Below are positions 38,470 through 48,130 of a stretch of DNA of 64,000 nucleotides, piece by piece (the stretch's first letter is position 1; each line of letters begins with the position of its first letter). The notes below the pieces were generated by a model. The model was not told the origin of the DNA. It was given only the letters and a program-made list of their open reading frames with translations, and made no database searches. Origin of the DNA: Candidatus Liptonbacteria bacterium (lineage in GTDB: Bacteria > Patescibacteriota > Minisyncoccia > UBA6257 > JACOXY01); assembly GCA_016182095.1 (NCBI GenBank), contig JACOXY010000011.1, forward strand, positions 67,794 to 131,793, written 5' to 3'. Made by a program: the position numbers and the translations under genes.

Positions 38470-39267
38470 TTACCTAACCCACCCCCGAATTAAATCCTTT
38501 GTTTCTTGCGGACCGTTAACCTGTGTTGCTTCTATCCCGGTATCTAAAGCCGCGTGATCATTGCCTCCTGGATAGAGCGCGTCTCCCACAAAAAGCATTT
38601 CGGAAATAGGAATCTGCAGAGCGCGCTCAATTTGCCGAACGCCGTACGCCTTATCAATGCCTTTTTTAGTAATGTCAATTGAGGTTAATCCGCCAGTCCT
38701 TACCTCAAATTCAGGGAGCAGTTCTCTTAATATTGTCGCGGCTTTTTCGCGAATAGCATTATTCGCCTTATTCCATTGTTTTTTATCCTCAATCGGCGCT
38801 TGTTGGCCGAGAGCGGAAAAGGTTACCTGGGTATCACGATCCTCAATAAGTTCGCCCCAAACCCTTTCCGGTTTTTTATAACCGGCTTTCTCTAAACTTT
38901 TAGCAAATGTTCCAAAAATTTTTGTCTTCTCCTCTGTGCTTAAAATATCGGCATAAACCTCTTTCCACTCTGTGTTCACATACTCAAAATATCTGGTGGC
39001 AGTGGTAGGAAACAGGTGCAGGCGATGAAGATTCTCTTTAGGACACAAAAGCCGACGCAAAAACTGCTCTTCAAACTGGCGCCACGAGCCCCCGCCTATC
39101 ACCGCCACATATTTTTCTTTCAAAAGACGGCAGATTAAATCCGCCATTTCCGCATCCATATCCGCCTTGCTTTCGGTTAAGGTTCCGTCCAGGTCAAAGA
39201 TGATAATTTTTTTATTAGAGAAATCCATCGTGATAAAATTTAAAATTGCTGCAAAAATTCTTCCCAA
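38470..39267 (-). CDS. HAD-superfamily hydrolase, Cof/IIB-like
   Basis: FDLDGTLT motif I; C-terminal VGDALYPGGNDHA motif IV. Confidence 0.55.
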   Translation of the reverse strand: MGRIFAAILNFITMDFSNKKIIIFDLDGTLTESKADMDAEMADLICRLLKEKYVAVIGGGSWRQFEEQFLRRLLCPKENLHRLHLFPTTATRYFEYVNTEWKEVYADILSTEEKTKIFGTFAKSLEKAGYKKPERVWGELIEDRDTQVTFSALGQQAPIEDKKQWNKANNAIREKAATILRELLPEFEVRTGGLTSIDITKKGIDKAYGVRQIERALQIPISEMLFVGDALYPGGNDHAALDTGIEATQVNGPQETKDLIRGWVR

Positions 39268-39971
39268 GAATGAACGCGCTTGCTCTCTGCTGGAGCTTTT
39301 GTATAAACGCAGAATGGATCAAATAAATATTTCTGCGGCACACTTATAAGCTCTTGAATTACGCTTGGTTCGTCGTCTATAAAATGAGTAACGTGAAGTT
39401 CTTTAGCTTTAATATCTTTATCCTTTTTCTCTTTCACAAAAAATGTATTCGTGGGGTCAAAGTATTGTGGCCAAAGATCGTGAAATTTTAGCGAAATCAT
39501 GGCGTATTCTGGTTCCCGGCGGCGAGAAATCAAATAGTAAGGTATTCCCAAAGACTTTATGTAATGCAAACCCTCCTTGGCGCCCCGCATTAAAGGTGTT
39601 TTCAGTGAAAGCGCGTGGTCACTGTAGAGCTTCGCCTGAAGAGCTTGATATAACGCTGGTTCTATTTTTGTTTCCATTATATCTGACGGCGTTTCGCTTG
39701 GATCGATTGTCAAGCCGTACTGCCCAGCAAGTTCTATTTTGGTTTTTGTGTGATCTAAAATCACACCGTCTAAATCCAGGCCTATAATTTTTTTGTTTAA
39801 GTTGTGCACAGCTTTGCTTATTATGCTTCTTATTTTATACTGATTTAAGTTTTTAGAAAAATGGGTATGTAAAAGTGAACCACTCTCCTGAATGGGAAAT
39901 TGAGAAAGAAGAATTTCTGCGGCGACTGGAATGTGGAGAAAGGACTTTTCGCGACAATCTTTGTCTGCCAA
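39240..39971 (-). CDS. HAD-like 5'(3')-deoxyribonucleotidase (NT5C-like)
   Basis: GLDLDGVILDH (DxDG) and FIDD blocks; the true start may be internal. Confidence 0.4.
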   Translation of the reverse strand: MADKDCREKSFLHIPVAAEILLSQFPIQESGSLLHTHFSKNLNQYKIRSIISKAVHNLNKKIIGLDLDGVILDHTKTKIELAGQYGLTIDPSETPSDIMETKIEPALYQALQAKLYSDHALSLKTPLMRGAKEGLHYIKSLGIPYYLISRRREPEYAMISLKFHDLWPQYFDPTNTFFVKEKKDKDIKAKELHVTHFIDDEPSVIQELISVPQKYLFDPFCVYTKAPAESKRVHSWEEFLQQF

Positions 39972-40576
39972 ACTTTAAAAACATAAAGCGTATTGTGCCG
40001 CTTCGATATCTTGAAAATATTACTGCCGCGCCAGTTCCCATGACAACCAAAATGCTGCTTAAATTTATCTCGCACATCAAGACTTTTGACGGCCAAAAAC
40101 CATTCTCTGATGTTTCTGTGGAGTTGCGCAAAGTTGACCCGCGACACCTCAAAATCGGTCAAAAGTTTATATACCGAGAAAATTACCAAAGCTTACTTGA
40201 AAGCCTCACCGGACTTTTTGGGCGGTTTGCCATTCCAAGCGGCATTTCCGAACTTGGAGCTTACTTTGTTTTCGGCGAAGACAAAGATGGCGTATCTGCA
40301 TTGGCATGTTACCTGCCGCCAATTATAGAACAGCACGAGGCTCACTTGGTAATTATGGATGGTATTCATCGCGATTATATAACCATGCAGATTGGTGGGA
40401 CTATAAACGCGGTAGTCGTTCGCGGAGTAAGGGTTTCATTCCCATGCGGCTTACATTCGTGGGAAGATGCTCTGGTCATCAGTTTGAACGAAAAGCCCAA
40501 AGATATCAACGAACGCTACTTTGAACTCAATAAAGAACTGTTCCGCGATTTGAAATATTATGGAATAGACGGATAA
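39875..40576 (+). CDS. hypothetical protein, weak ParB/Srx-like DGxHR motif (VIMDGIHRDY)
   Basis: The start overlaps the upstream gene; the likely start is near 40037 (MTTKML). Confidence 0.25.
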   Translation: MNHSPEWEIEKEEFLRRLECGERTFRDNLCLPNFKNIKRIVPLRYLENITAAPVPMTTKMLLKFISHIKTFDGQKPFSDVSVELRKVDPRHLKIGQKFIYRENYQSLLESLTGLFGRFAIPSGISELGAYFVFGEDKDGVSALACYLPPIIEQHEAHLVIMDGIHRDYITMQIGGTINAVVVRGVRVSFPCGLHSWEDALVISLNEKPKDINERYFELNKELFRDLKYYGIDG

Positions 40577-40613
40577 GGTAGAAATGCTATGCTTAAGCCA
40601 GCAAACATGATTT

Positions 40614-41240
40614 TTGCGAGGAATAAAATTGAAAACTCCGATTGATGTCGTGAAGCACATCGTAGAAATAAACGCGTGCGTCTCCCATATTGCCGTAAGT
40701 CCCTACAAAGCGCGCCCACATTTGCATGAAAGAAAAGTAAAAAAGGATTTTGTTAAGGAAGCCCTGCTCCATGAAACCAGAGATTATGTAGATTTCTTAA
40801 AACGCGAGAACGTGCTCCATAAAGAAGCGATAGAAAAAGAACTTTTGTCTTTAGCGCCAGATTGCAGGTTATCGGTACACTCTTACGCGGTAACCAGCAC
40901 CGCTCCACGCTTTTTGCATATCCCCCTGGTTGATTTCAAGCCGCCTCCTTCCGATAAAAACCTCAAAGCCATCCGCGAAGCCATGAAAGCGGTAGGTGAG
41001 AAAAGCGGAGTGATACTTATAAGCGGCGAATCTTACCATTACTATGGTTTTGAGCTTATGGAGCCGCACAATTGGCTGAAATTCATGTCGCGCCTACTAC
41101 TCTTAAATGACCCCATTACAAAAGAAACCCTGGTTGATTCTCGCTGGGTGGCACATCGCTTAATTGACGGCTTCGGAGCGTTACGTATTTCGCCCAAAGA
41201 AAATGGCGCACAGAACCCTTATGTAGTCGCGGAATTATAA
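40614..41240 (+). CDS. hypothetical protein
   Basis: No recognised motifs; co-oriented with dCMP deaminase. Confidence 0.3.
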   Translation: MRGIKLKTPIDVVKHIVEINACVSHIAVSPYKARPHLHERKVKKDFVKEALLHETRDYVDFLKRENVLHKEAIEKELLSLAPDCRLSVHSYAVTSTAPRFLHIPLVDFKPPPSDKNLKAIREAMKAVGEKSGVILISGESYHYYGFELMEPHNWLKFMSRLLLLNDPITKETLVDSRWVAHRLIDGFGALRISPKENGAQNPYVVAEL

Positions 41241-41359
41241 AAACAAACCCACCAATCGGTGGGTATTTACATCGCCATAAGCCAGAAAGCTCAAAAGCGG
41301 CCGGGTAAGCCGCCACCCTGGTCTTTGCAAACTTATAGGTGAAGTGATTAAATTAAGGC

Positions 41360-41899
41360 ATGAAGTATGGTGGCAAAAAGACAAAGAAGGTTGCTCGTCC
41401 TGATGTTAATGATTTTTGGTTGATGCAGGCGCTCTTTTATTCTACCAGGGGCACCTGTGATCGCTTGCGCACTGCCTGTCTTATTGTGGATGAACATAAC
41501 CATTTGATAAGCGCGGGCTATAACGGATCTCTGCCGGGCGCCGATCACTGCGATGATGTGGGGCATCTCATGATAGACGGTCACTGCATGCGCACTTTGC
41601 ACGCGGAAGAAAATGCCGTTTTACACAGCACAAAAAGCTTACGCGGCGCCACCGCTTATATGCTTGTAAGTCCTTGCCTGCTCTGCACCAAAAAACTTTT
41701 GAGTGTGGGCATCAAAAAAATTATCTGCGCTGAAGAGTTCAAAAACATACAAGGCAGAGATGTCGGCGCTAAGTTTATAAAAAATTTACTCGCAAAAAAC
41801 AATGTGCCAATTAAGTTTATAAATATAGATTTTACTGAAAAATTAAATCAATTTACACAAATCCTAAAGAGTCCCGGAGGATTCTTAAGATCCAATTAA
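41360..41899 (+). CDS. deoxycytidylate (dCMP) deaminase
   Basis: HAEENAV and PCLLCTKKL zinc-binding CDA motifs. Confidence 0.7.
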   Translation: MKYGGKKTKKVARPDVNDFWLMQALFYSTRGTCDRLRTACLIVDEHNHLISAGYNGSLPGADHCDDVGHLMIDGHCMRTLHAEENAVLHSTKSLRGATAYMLVSPCLLCTKKLLSVGIKKIICAEEFKNIQGRDVGAKFIKNLLAKNNVPIKFINIDFTEKLNQFTQILKSPGGFLRSN

Positions 41900-42026
41900 T
41901 CCCTCACTCAAGAAAGAGTTTGGGTTTCTGTCTGTAAAATAAAATGTTTTTGGTCGAGTAGTATTAAGTTGATAAATAAATTAAAAAATAAGAGAGGGCG
42001 GATAATGCTCTTTCTTGAGTGAGGGA
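41898..42026 (+). promoter_or_regulatory. long-range perfect 20-bp inverted repeat bridging the dCMP-deaminase stop and the ftsK SD/start
   Basis: aatccctcactcaagaaagag (41898-41918) pairs with ctctttcttgagtgagggat (42007-42026); the right arm overlaps GAGG and the ATG. Confidence 0.45.
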
Positions 42027-44158
42027 TGGGGCGCAAGAAAAAACATGAAGAAGAAAACGAGGAAGGGGGCCTGTTAAACATGGAAATCGGGCATTTTTTT
42101 GAACTTCACCCAGACGCCAAAAAAAGCGTGGTAGCGGTGCTTTTCGCAGCCATAGCGATTATTTTAATTTTATCCAGCCTAGGCAAGGCCGGACCGGCAG
42201 GAAATGCCATCTTCCAAAGCTTAAGTTATCTCTTTGGGTGGGGATACTACTTGGCTCCCGTGACGATGTTCCTCGCGGCGTTTATATTTCTAATAACCAA
42301 GAGGCAAAGAGTCTTGGGCATTACAATCTTCGGATCGTTTCTGCTTTTTCTCTCAAGCTTGGGCATTATTGATATAGTTTCCCCAAAAAGCGGCGGCCTT
42401 TTGGGTTCCATAATTGGAATTATTGAGGCTCCATTCGGTTATATGGCGGCGCTCGTTCTAACTGGAGCATTTTTTATCGCTTCCCTTATCGCAACCCTGA
42501 ATACTCCCATAAAAATAAAAAACCCTTTCGCTCGCGGCAATGTCTCTTCCGAGGATGAAGTACTAACTCCCGAAGAAGAGGAGAATATTGAAGCCCACGA
42601 AAAAGACGACGCGGAGTCAGAAGAGGATGGAGAGGAAGCAGAAGATGAAGAAGAGGAGGCGCGGGCAGATGAAGAGAATGCAAAACAAGGGCGCGGATTA
42701 TTCGGCAGAAGAAAAAAATCGGGGCTCGCGGCAATAAGCGGAGATTATACGCCCCCACCGCTTTCACTCCTTAAAACTTCTACCGAAAAACCGACTTCTG
42801 GAGATTTAAGAGCGAACGCCAATATTATTAAAAGAACATTGGAGTCGTTCGGCATTGCCGTTGAGATGGGAGAAATAAATGTTGGGCCAAAAGTAACTCG
42901 CTATACGCTAAAGCCTGCCGAAGGAGTAAAGATCTCAAAAATAAACGCCTTAAATCAAGATTTGGCGTTAGCGCTCGCGGCTCACCCCATAAGAATAGAA
43001 GCCCCCATCCCTGGAAAATCTTTGGTTGGCATTGAAGTGCCCAACAAAGCCGCGGCCGTAGTGCGACTTGGAAGTCTCATGAACTATAAAGAGTTTAGCG
43101 ATGGCGGCATGCTTGATTTTGTTTTGGGAAGAGATGTGACAGGAAATCCAGTTTTCTCTGATATTGCCAAAATGCCGCATTTATTAGTGGCTGGCGCAAC
43201 CGGTTCGGGGAAGTCGGTTATGCTGCATACTTTGATTTTGTGTCTGCTTTATAAAAATTCTCCCGAAACTTTGCGCATGATAATGATTGACCCGAAGAGA
43301 GTGGAGCTTTCTGTGTACAACGGCATGCCGCACCTAATAGCTCCGGTCGTGACAGACGGGAAAAAAACCGTTGCGGTTTTTCGATGGACTATAAGCGAAA
43401 TGGAAAGGCGCTATGGACTTCTTGAGGCCGCCGGGAGCCGCGACATCAAAAGCTTTAATGTGCAGAATAAAAAGGAGGCCTTGCCATATATTGTAATAAT
43501 TATTGATGAGCTGGCAGACCTTATGGCAGCCTATGGCAGAGAAATTGAGGGGTCAATCGTGCGCATTGCCCAAATGGCGCGCGCAACAGGAATTCATCTT
43601 ATAGTGGCAACCCAACGTCCGTCAGTCGAAGTAATAACCGGGTTAATTAAGGCAAACATAACCACCAGAATAGCACTCCAAGTCGCAAGCCAAGTTGACT
43701 CCAGAACCATTCTTGACTCCGCGGGAGCCGAAAAACTTTTAGGAGGCGGCGATTTGCTTTTTATATCTGCCGAGTTTTCAAAACCAAAAAGAATCCAGGG
43801 CGCCTACGTGAGCGAAGACGAAATCAGAATTGTTGCGAATTTTATAAGAGAGAAAAATAGCGACCTGAAAAATGACGAGGAAATTGAATTCGCTAATCAA
43901 TCCACACACGAAATAGGAAACGACAAAGATGTATTTGACGAGTTCTCCGAAGATGGCAACGAAGAAGACTTGATGTATGGAGACGCGGTAGAAGTTGTGA
44001 GAGAGGCGGGCAAGGCTTCCGCCTCGCTCTTACAGCGCCGCCTTAAAGTCGGCTACGCCAGGGCCGCCCGCCTGCTTGATATTATGGAGGCGCGAGGTAT
44101 CATAGGACCGGGGGACGGAGCGAAACCACGCGAGGTATATTTAAACGAAGAAGTGTAG
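42026..44158 (+). CDS. ftsK: DNA translocase FtsK/SpoIIIE
   Basis: 4 N-terminal TM helices; acidic linker; Walker A GATGSGKS; C-terminal gamma wHTH. Confidence 0.85.
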   Translation: MGRKKKHEEENEEGGLLNMEIGHFFELHPDAKKSVVAVLFAAIAIILILSSLGKAGPAGNAIFQSLSYLFGWGYYLAPVTMFLAAFIFLITKRQRVLGITIFGSFLLFLSSLGIIDIVSPKSGGLLGSIIGIIEAPFGYMAALVLTGAFFIASLIATLNTPIKIKNPFARGNVSSEDEVLTPEEEENIEAHEKDDAESEEDGEEAEDEEEEARADEENAKQGRGLFGRRKKSGLAAISGDYTPPPLSLLKTSTEKPTSGDLRANANIIKRTLESFGIAVEMGEINVGPKVTRYTLKPAEGVKISKINALNQDLALALAAHPIRIEAPIPGKSLVGIEVPNKAAAVVRLGSLMNYKEFSDGGMLDFVLGRDVTGNPVFSDIAKMPHLLVAGATGSGKSVMLHTLILCLLYKNSPETLRMIMIDPKRVELSVYNGMPHLIAPVVTDGKKTVAVFRWTISEMERRYGLLEAAGSRDIKSFNVQNKKEALPYIVIIIDELADLMAAYGREIEGSIVRIAQMARATGIHLIVATQRPSVEVITGLIKANITTRIALQVASQVDSRTILDSAGAEKLLGGGDLLFISAEFSKPKRIQGAYVSEDEIRIVANFIREKNSDLKNDEEIEFANQSTHEIGNDKDVFDEFSEDGNEEDLMYGDAVEVVREAGKASASLLQRRLKVGYARAARLLDIMEARGIIGPGDGAKPREVYLNEEV

Positions 44159-44159
44159 T

Positions 44160-44232
44160 AACTCCACGAATTTACGAATCTAGCTAATATACGAATTTAT
44201 CCGACGTGAACCAATAGATTCGTATATACGCT
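44160..44232. repeat. solo palindromic copy of the GxxExxY-flanking repeat
   Basis: aactccacgaatttacgaatctagctaatatacgaattta...agattcgtatatacg. Confidence 0.55.
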
Positions 44233-44260
44233 AGGATTCGCCATATTCGCGGACTTCCAA

Positions 44261-44896
44261 ATGGACAAAGATTTTAAAACATTATTCAACGAAACCCTGC
44301 ACAACTACGGAGTTGGTATTGCTAAGTTAAGCGAAACAACCGGGATCCCGGAACGCTATCTTGAAGCAATGCGTTCGGGCAATTTGGGGAGTTTGCCGCC
44401 CGCTCCTTACGTGCGCGGTTATTTAAATAAAATCGGCAATCTTGCGGGCGTAAATGGTGAAGAATTGTGGACTGCCTTCAAAAAGGATGAGCAGACAAAA
44501 ACTTCCGGCTCGGAAGATCGCCTTCCGGAAAATAGATTCTCTCTGCAAAAAATCAATAAGGGAAGGGTTGTGGGCTTGGCGGTGCTTGTATTGCTTTTCG
44601 CTTACGGATTATTCCGATTTGACGTGATCGTCGGCAAACCGCTTTTACAAATATCCGCTCCAGTGGAAGCCCTTTTCTTAAGCAACGAAGAGATCTTTGA
44701 ATTGAGCGGGCTTGCGGAATCAAGAGATAAGCTCACGGTAAATGGAGAAAATATAATTATTAACGAGGACGGTTCTTTTAATAAGAAATGGAAGCTAACT
44801 CCCGGAATAAATATTTTGGAATTTAAGGTGAAAAGATTTCTCGGGCTTGAGACATGCCACTACATCTTTGTTGTTGCCGTAGAGACCAGGGTGTAG
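44261..44896 (+). CDS. RodZ-like HTH membrane protein
   Basis: N-terminal HTH (GIAKLSETTGIPERYLEAMRSGN...YVRGYLNKIGNLAGV); single TM; C-terminal domain. Confidence 0.4.
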   Translation: MDKDFKTLFNETLHNYGVGIAKLSETTGIPERYLEAMRSGNLGSLPPAPYVRGYLNKIGNLAGVNGEELWTAFKKDEQTKTSGSEDRLPENRFSLQKINKGRVVGLAVLVLLFAYGLFRFDVIVGKPLLQISAPVEALFLSNEEIFELSGLAESRDKLTVNGENIIINEDGSFNKKWKLTPGINILEFKVKRFLGLETCHYIFVVAVETRV

Positions 44897-44949
44897 TAAT
44901 ATCAATAAACATAAATAAAAAATAAAAGATTAAAAATCAAAAATTAAGA

Positions 44950-44968
44950 TTGTTCGCCAAAGGCGAAC
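44950..44968 (+). promoter_or_regulatory. palindromic candidate operator (SOS box-like) upstream of recA
   Basis: tGTTCGCCaaaGGCGAACt, about 45 nt upstream of the recA ATG. Confidence 0.35.
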
Positions 44969-45014
44969 TCCATAATTTTAATCTTTGATATTTAATTTTT
45001 AATTTAGCTGTACT

Positions 45015-46034
45015 ATGTCCAAACAAAAAGACGTAAGCGACAAGAAATCAGAGATTAAGGATCAAGCGCAAGAACTAAATAAGTTGATGTCTTCTCTGCA
45101 AGAGAAATTCGGCGAAGGCGCCATAATGAAGCTCGGAGAGATTAAGCATGTTAATGTGAGCATTATCCCGACTGGGTCGTTTTCTCTGGACCTTGCCCTC
45201 GGTGTCGGCGGCCTGCCAAAGGGCAGGATAGTTGAGATCTTCGGGCCGGAATCATCCGGCAAAACAACGTTAGCGCTAAATGTAGTGGCTCAAGCGCAAA
45301 AGAAAGGCGGCAAGGCGGCGTTTATAGACGCGGAACATGCCATGGATCCGGAATACGCCAAAAAATTGGGGGTCAAAGTTGACGAACTCTTGATTTCCCA
45401 ACCGGACAGCGGAGAGGAGGCGTTAAATATCCTGGAAAGCTTGGTGCGCTCCGGCATCATTGACGTTGTAGTGGTTGATTCTGTCGCGGCCCTAACCCCG
45501 CAAAAAGAAATTGAGGGAGAGATGGGGGCGCAGTTTATGGGGCTTCAGGCGCGAATGATGTCGCAGGCGCTCCGTAAACTTACGGCAATTTCCGCCAAAT
45601 CAGGCACCATGGTAATTTTTATAAATCAATTGCGAGAAAAAATAGGCATAATGTTCGGAAATCCAGAAACCACTCCCGGAGGCCGGGCTCTTAAATTTTA
45701 TTCTTCGGTCAGGATTGACGTGAGACGCGCCGCTTGGGTTAAAAAAGGAGAAGAGGTGGTCGGAAGCAGGGTTAAGGTAAAAGTGGTAAAAAATAAAGTT
45801 GCCCCGCCATTTAAGCAAACTGAATTTGATATTATGTTTGGAGAAGGTATTTCCTATGAGGGCGATATTTTAAATACTGCCGTGGGAAAAGGCGCCATAA
45901 CAAAATCCGGCGCGAGCTACAGCTTTGAGGGAGAAAAAATAGGCCATGGGTATGAGGCCGCTAAAGAAAAATTGAAGGAAGACAGGAAGCTTTTGAATGA
46001 AATCAAAAAGAAAATTGTCGCCCTGGCTGGTTAA
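45015..46034 (+). CDS. recA: recombinase RecA
   Basis: GPESSGKTT Walker A; conserved RecA core. Confidence 0.9.
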   Translation: MSKQKDVSDKKSEIKDQAQELNKLMSSLQEKFGEGAIMKLGEIKHVNVSIIPTGSFSLDLALGVGGLPKGRIVEIFGPESSGKTTLALNVVAQAQKKGGKAAFIDAEHAMDPEYAKKLGVKVDELLISQPDSGEEALNILESLVRSGIIDVVVVDSVAALTPQKEIEGEMGAQFMGLQARMMSQALRKLTAISAKSGTMVIFINQLREKIGIMFGNPETTPGGRALKFYSSVRIDVRRAAWVKKGEEVVGSRVKVKVVKNKVAPPFKQTEFDIMFGEGISYEGDILNTAVGKGAITKSGASYSFEGEKIGHGYEAAKEKLKEDRKLLNEIKKKIVALAG

Positions 46035-46049
46035 AATTGCTGGCAAAAA

Positions 46050-46074
46050 TAAAGAGGCCGAGGGGGCCTCTTTT
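46050..46074. terminator. bidirectional terminator
   Basis: aaagaggccgagggggcctcttttt. Confidence 0.5.
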
Positions 46075-46667
46075 TACATGTAGGAAAGTTTACTGACTTC
46101 TACTTGCATAAAACCCATTGCTTCTAATTTAGTCTTGGTATTTCTGTCTTTCGCCCAAACTCTTCCTGCCGCCGGCAAGTAAAGTTCCGGCACTACAAGC
46201 TGAACGGAGTGTCCATCTCGAGCGTGCTTAAGCCAATTAGCGCGACTCCACGACGGCTTAAAGATGAGCCGTTTTTCATAATCACTCGTTTCTCTATTGC
46301 CATTACAATTGTTAATTGCAATATGCCACTGTGCAAAATCCATAAAAATACCATCCGCACTACTGAAAGAAAATAGCGCTCCGTTTATGAATCTTCGCCC
46401 CTTACGATATGCATATTTGTAAACGCCGTCTTCCCACCAATTATCTTGATATCCTGTAAGCCGCAAGTCGTCTTCTGTCTTGCCAACAGCCATAAAAAGA
46501 GGATAAAAACCTACCTCCCTCTTAAGCCAAAAATATGCCCCCTTAAAATCAGGGTCGGCATGTCGGGGATTTGGTTTCGCTATCCCAAAAGAAACGCTAT
46601 CTAAAGGACGGCAGTGATGAAAGAGAAGCATGATCCCTCCTTGTGGGCTACCGAGATTATATAACAA
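46074..46667 (-). CDS. hypothetical protein
   Basis: Unassigned W/Y-rich soluble protein. Confidence 0.3.
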   Translation of the reverse strand: MLYNLGSPQGGIMLLFHHCRPLDSVSFGIAKPNPRHADPDFKGAYFWLKREVGFYPLFMAVGKTEDDLRLTGYQDNWWEDGVYKYAYRKGRRFINGALFSFSSADGIFMDFAQWHIAINNCNGNRETSDYEKRLIFKPSWSRANWLKHARDGHSVQLVVPELYLPAAGRVWAKDRNTKTKLEAMGFMQVEVSKLSYM

Positions 46668-46714
46668 AAATTATACCTTGTAAACTGCAATTATTATTTA
46701 TTAGAGTGAGCCGT

Positions 46715-46764
46715 GGACAAAACATAAAAGTTCTCCAAAAGTTTCGCAACCAGTATCAGGCCGG
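46715..46764. repeat. left copy of a ~50-bp direct repeat (duplicate of the folD 3' end)
   Basis: aaaagttctccaaaagtttcgcaaccagtatcaggccggtaccgtgggg. Confidence 0.6.
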
Positions 46765-46776
46765 TACCGTGGGGAA

Positions 46777-47034
46777 CTAATAAGTACTGCTGGTTCTCCG
46801 ATTAATTTCGGTCACTTCAATCAGCTTTAAATCAATGCGGATATCATAAAAAATCCGATAGTTGCCAACCCGCCTACGCCATGAGTTTTCTTGTCCGCCA
46901 AGCTTCTCTATATCTCCCGAGTATGGATCTTTTGATAATTCGTCCAATGCATTCACAATTCTACCTTTATCATTCTTTGGGAATCTACTGAGGTGCTTTT
47001 TAGCGCTTTTGGCTACGTGAACCGCGAAGCTCAT
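46777..47034 (-). CDS. RelE/ParE-family type II toxin
   Basis: ...WRRRVGNYRIFYDIRIDLKLIEVTEINRR matches the RelE/ParE C-terminus. Confidence 0.55.
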   Translation of the reverse strand: MSFAVHVAKSAKKHLSRFPKNDKGRIVNALDELSKDPYSGDIEKLGGQENSWRRRVGNYRIFYDIRIDLKLIEVTEINRRTSSTY

Positions 47035-47227
47035 GCTGAAGATCGACAAGCGTTACAAAGTCGCCTCTTTTGAGCTCTTTTCTGCCTCGCTCAACTGCTT
47101 TTTTTTCTTTTGCAGTTAAATGTGTCACGGGAATAGAGCGCTCCAACAATTTCTCATACTCTTTGCGAGGCAAAACAATTAAGTCGCCGTCTTTGGTAAG
47201 TTTTTTGGGTATTGTAATTATTGTCAT
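47000..47227 (-). CDS. cognate antitoxin (small DNA-binding protein)
   Basis: 75 aa directly upstream of, and overlapping, the toxin gene. Confidence 0.4.
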   Translation of the reverse strand: MTIITIPKKLTKDGDLIVLPRKEYEKLLERSIPVTHLTAKEKKAVERGRKELKRGDFVTLVDLQHELRGSRSQKR

Positions 47228-47281
47228 GATTTAAAAGTACCACGTAAAAATATAAAAATCAATGAAGTTTGTAATTTCGTA

Positions 47282-48130
47282 CTATTTTGCAATTTCGCAA
47301 AGTTTATAAAAGTTCTCCAAAAGTTTCGCAACCAGTATCGGGCCGGTACCGTGAGGGGTGGGAGTATAGGAAATAGGGTTTAGGCTAAAGCCCGATGGGC
47401 TCGCCCGTCTAGGGGTTTGGGGTTTAGGGTCTAGTGAAGAAGAATCAAAGTCACCTTTGCCGTTGTCGTAGCCAAAGTCAATAACGACCGCTTCTTCGTT
47501 CAACATGTCTGGCTTTATAATACCGGCTTTACCAACACCAGAAATTACGAGGTTGGCTTCCTTTAAGAGCAAGAAGTCGCTTCCTTCGTCAAAGAGAATA
47601 ATTTCTTTCGCTTTGCCTTGAAGCCACACCGATATCGGTTTCCCGACCAAAAACCCCAAGCCGACTACTGCAACCTTGCTAGTTGATAGGGTATAGCCAA
47701 TAACCAATAGTATATCCTGTAAAGTACCGACGGCAGGGGGCAAAACCGGATTCCGGCCGGTATAAAACGCTCCGAGCGTGCGCTCGCCCAAAACATCCAC
47801 GTCCTTCTCGCGCGGGATAACATTTAAAATATAGTGCTTCTTCACGTGCTCCGGAAGCGGGAGCTGAACTATTATCCCCCCGCAAGTCCTATGATTTGCG
47901 ATTTTTAAAACTTCTTCGCGTAATTCGTCATTCTTTACTGTTTCCGGGAACTCATACAAACGGAAGTCTATGCCCAGCTCTTTAGCGGCTTTTTCTTTTT
48001 GTTTTATAAAACTCTTTGATGCCTCATCGTCGTCAACAAGCACGGCAGCCAAAAAATTTTTGGGTTTGGGCTGTGCCTTCAGTTTTTCTAAAATATTTTC
48101 TGCTATCTGTTTTCCATTTATAATTGCCAT
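47282..48130 (-). CDS. folD: bifunctional methylene-THF dehydrogenase/cyclohydrolase FolD carrying an in-frame insertion
   Basis: N-terminus MAIINGKQIAE...; C-terminal TPTPHGTGPILVAKLL matches the TPVPGGVGPMT consensus; the 47308-47357 repeat and the 47355-47432 insertion both lie inside the CDS. Confidence 0.75.
   Translation of the reverse strand: MAIINGKQIAENILEKLKAQPKPKNFLAAVLVDDDEASKSFIKQKEKAAKELGIDFRLYEFPETVKNDELREEVLKIANHRTCGGIIVQLPLPEHVKKHYILNVIPREKDVDVLGERTLGAFYTGRNPVLPPAVGTLQDILLVIGYTLSTSKVAVVGLGFLVGKPISVWLQGKAKEIILFDEGSDFLLLKEANLVISGVGKAGIIKPDMLNEEAVVIDFGYDNGKGDFDSSSLDPKPQTPRRASPSGFSLNPISYTPTPHGTGPILVAKLLENFYKLCEIAK
47355..47432. repeat. G-rich insertion element, in-frame in folD
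   Basis: ggggtgggagtataggaaatagggtttagg...ggggtttggggtttagggtctag encodes LDPKPQTPRRASPSGFSLNPISY. Confidence 0.55.

Noticed and set aside
38154-38477. 107-aa tracked ORF
   Set aside because: It has no SD. The alternative frame has a consensus promoter, an SD and a GTG small ORF, which I preferred.
33880-47425. TTTAGGG/CCCTAAA telomere-like motifs
   Set aside because: They occur only as parts of the G-rich insertion elements inside CDSs. They are not terminal arrays and not telomeres.
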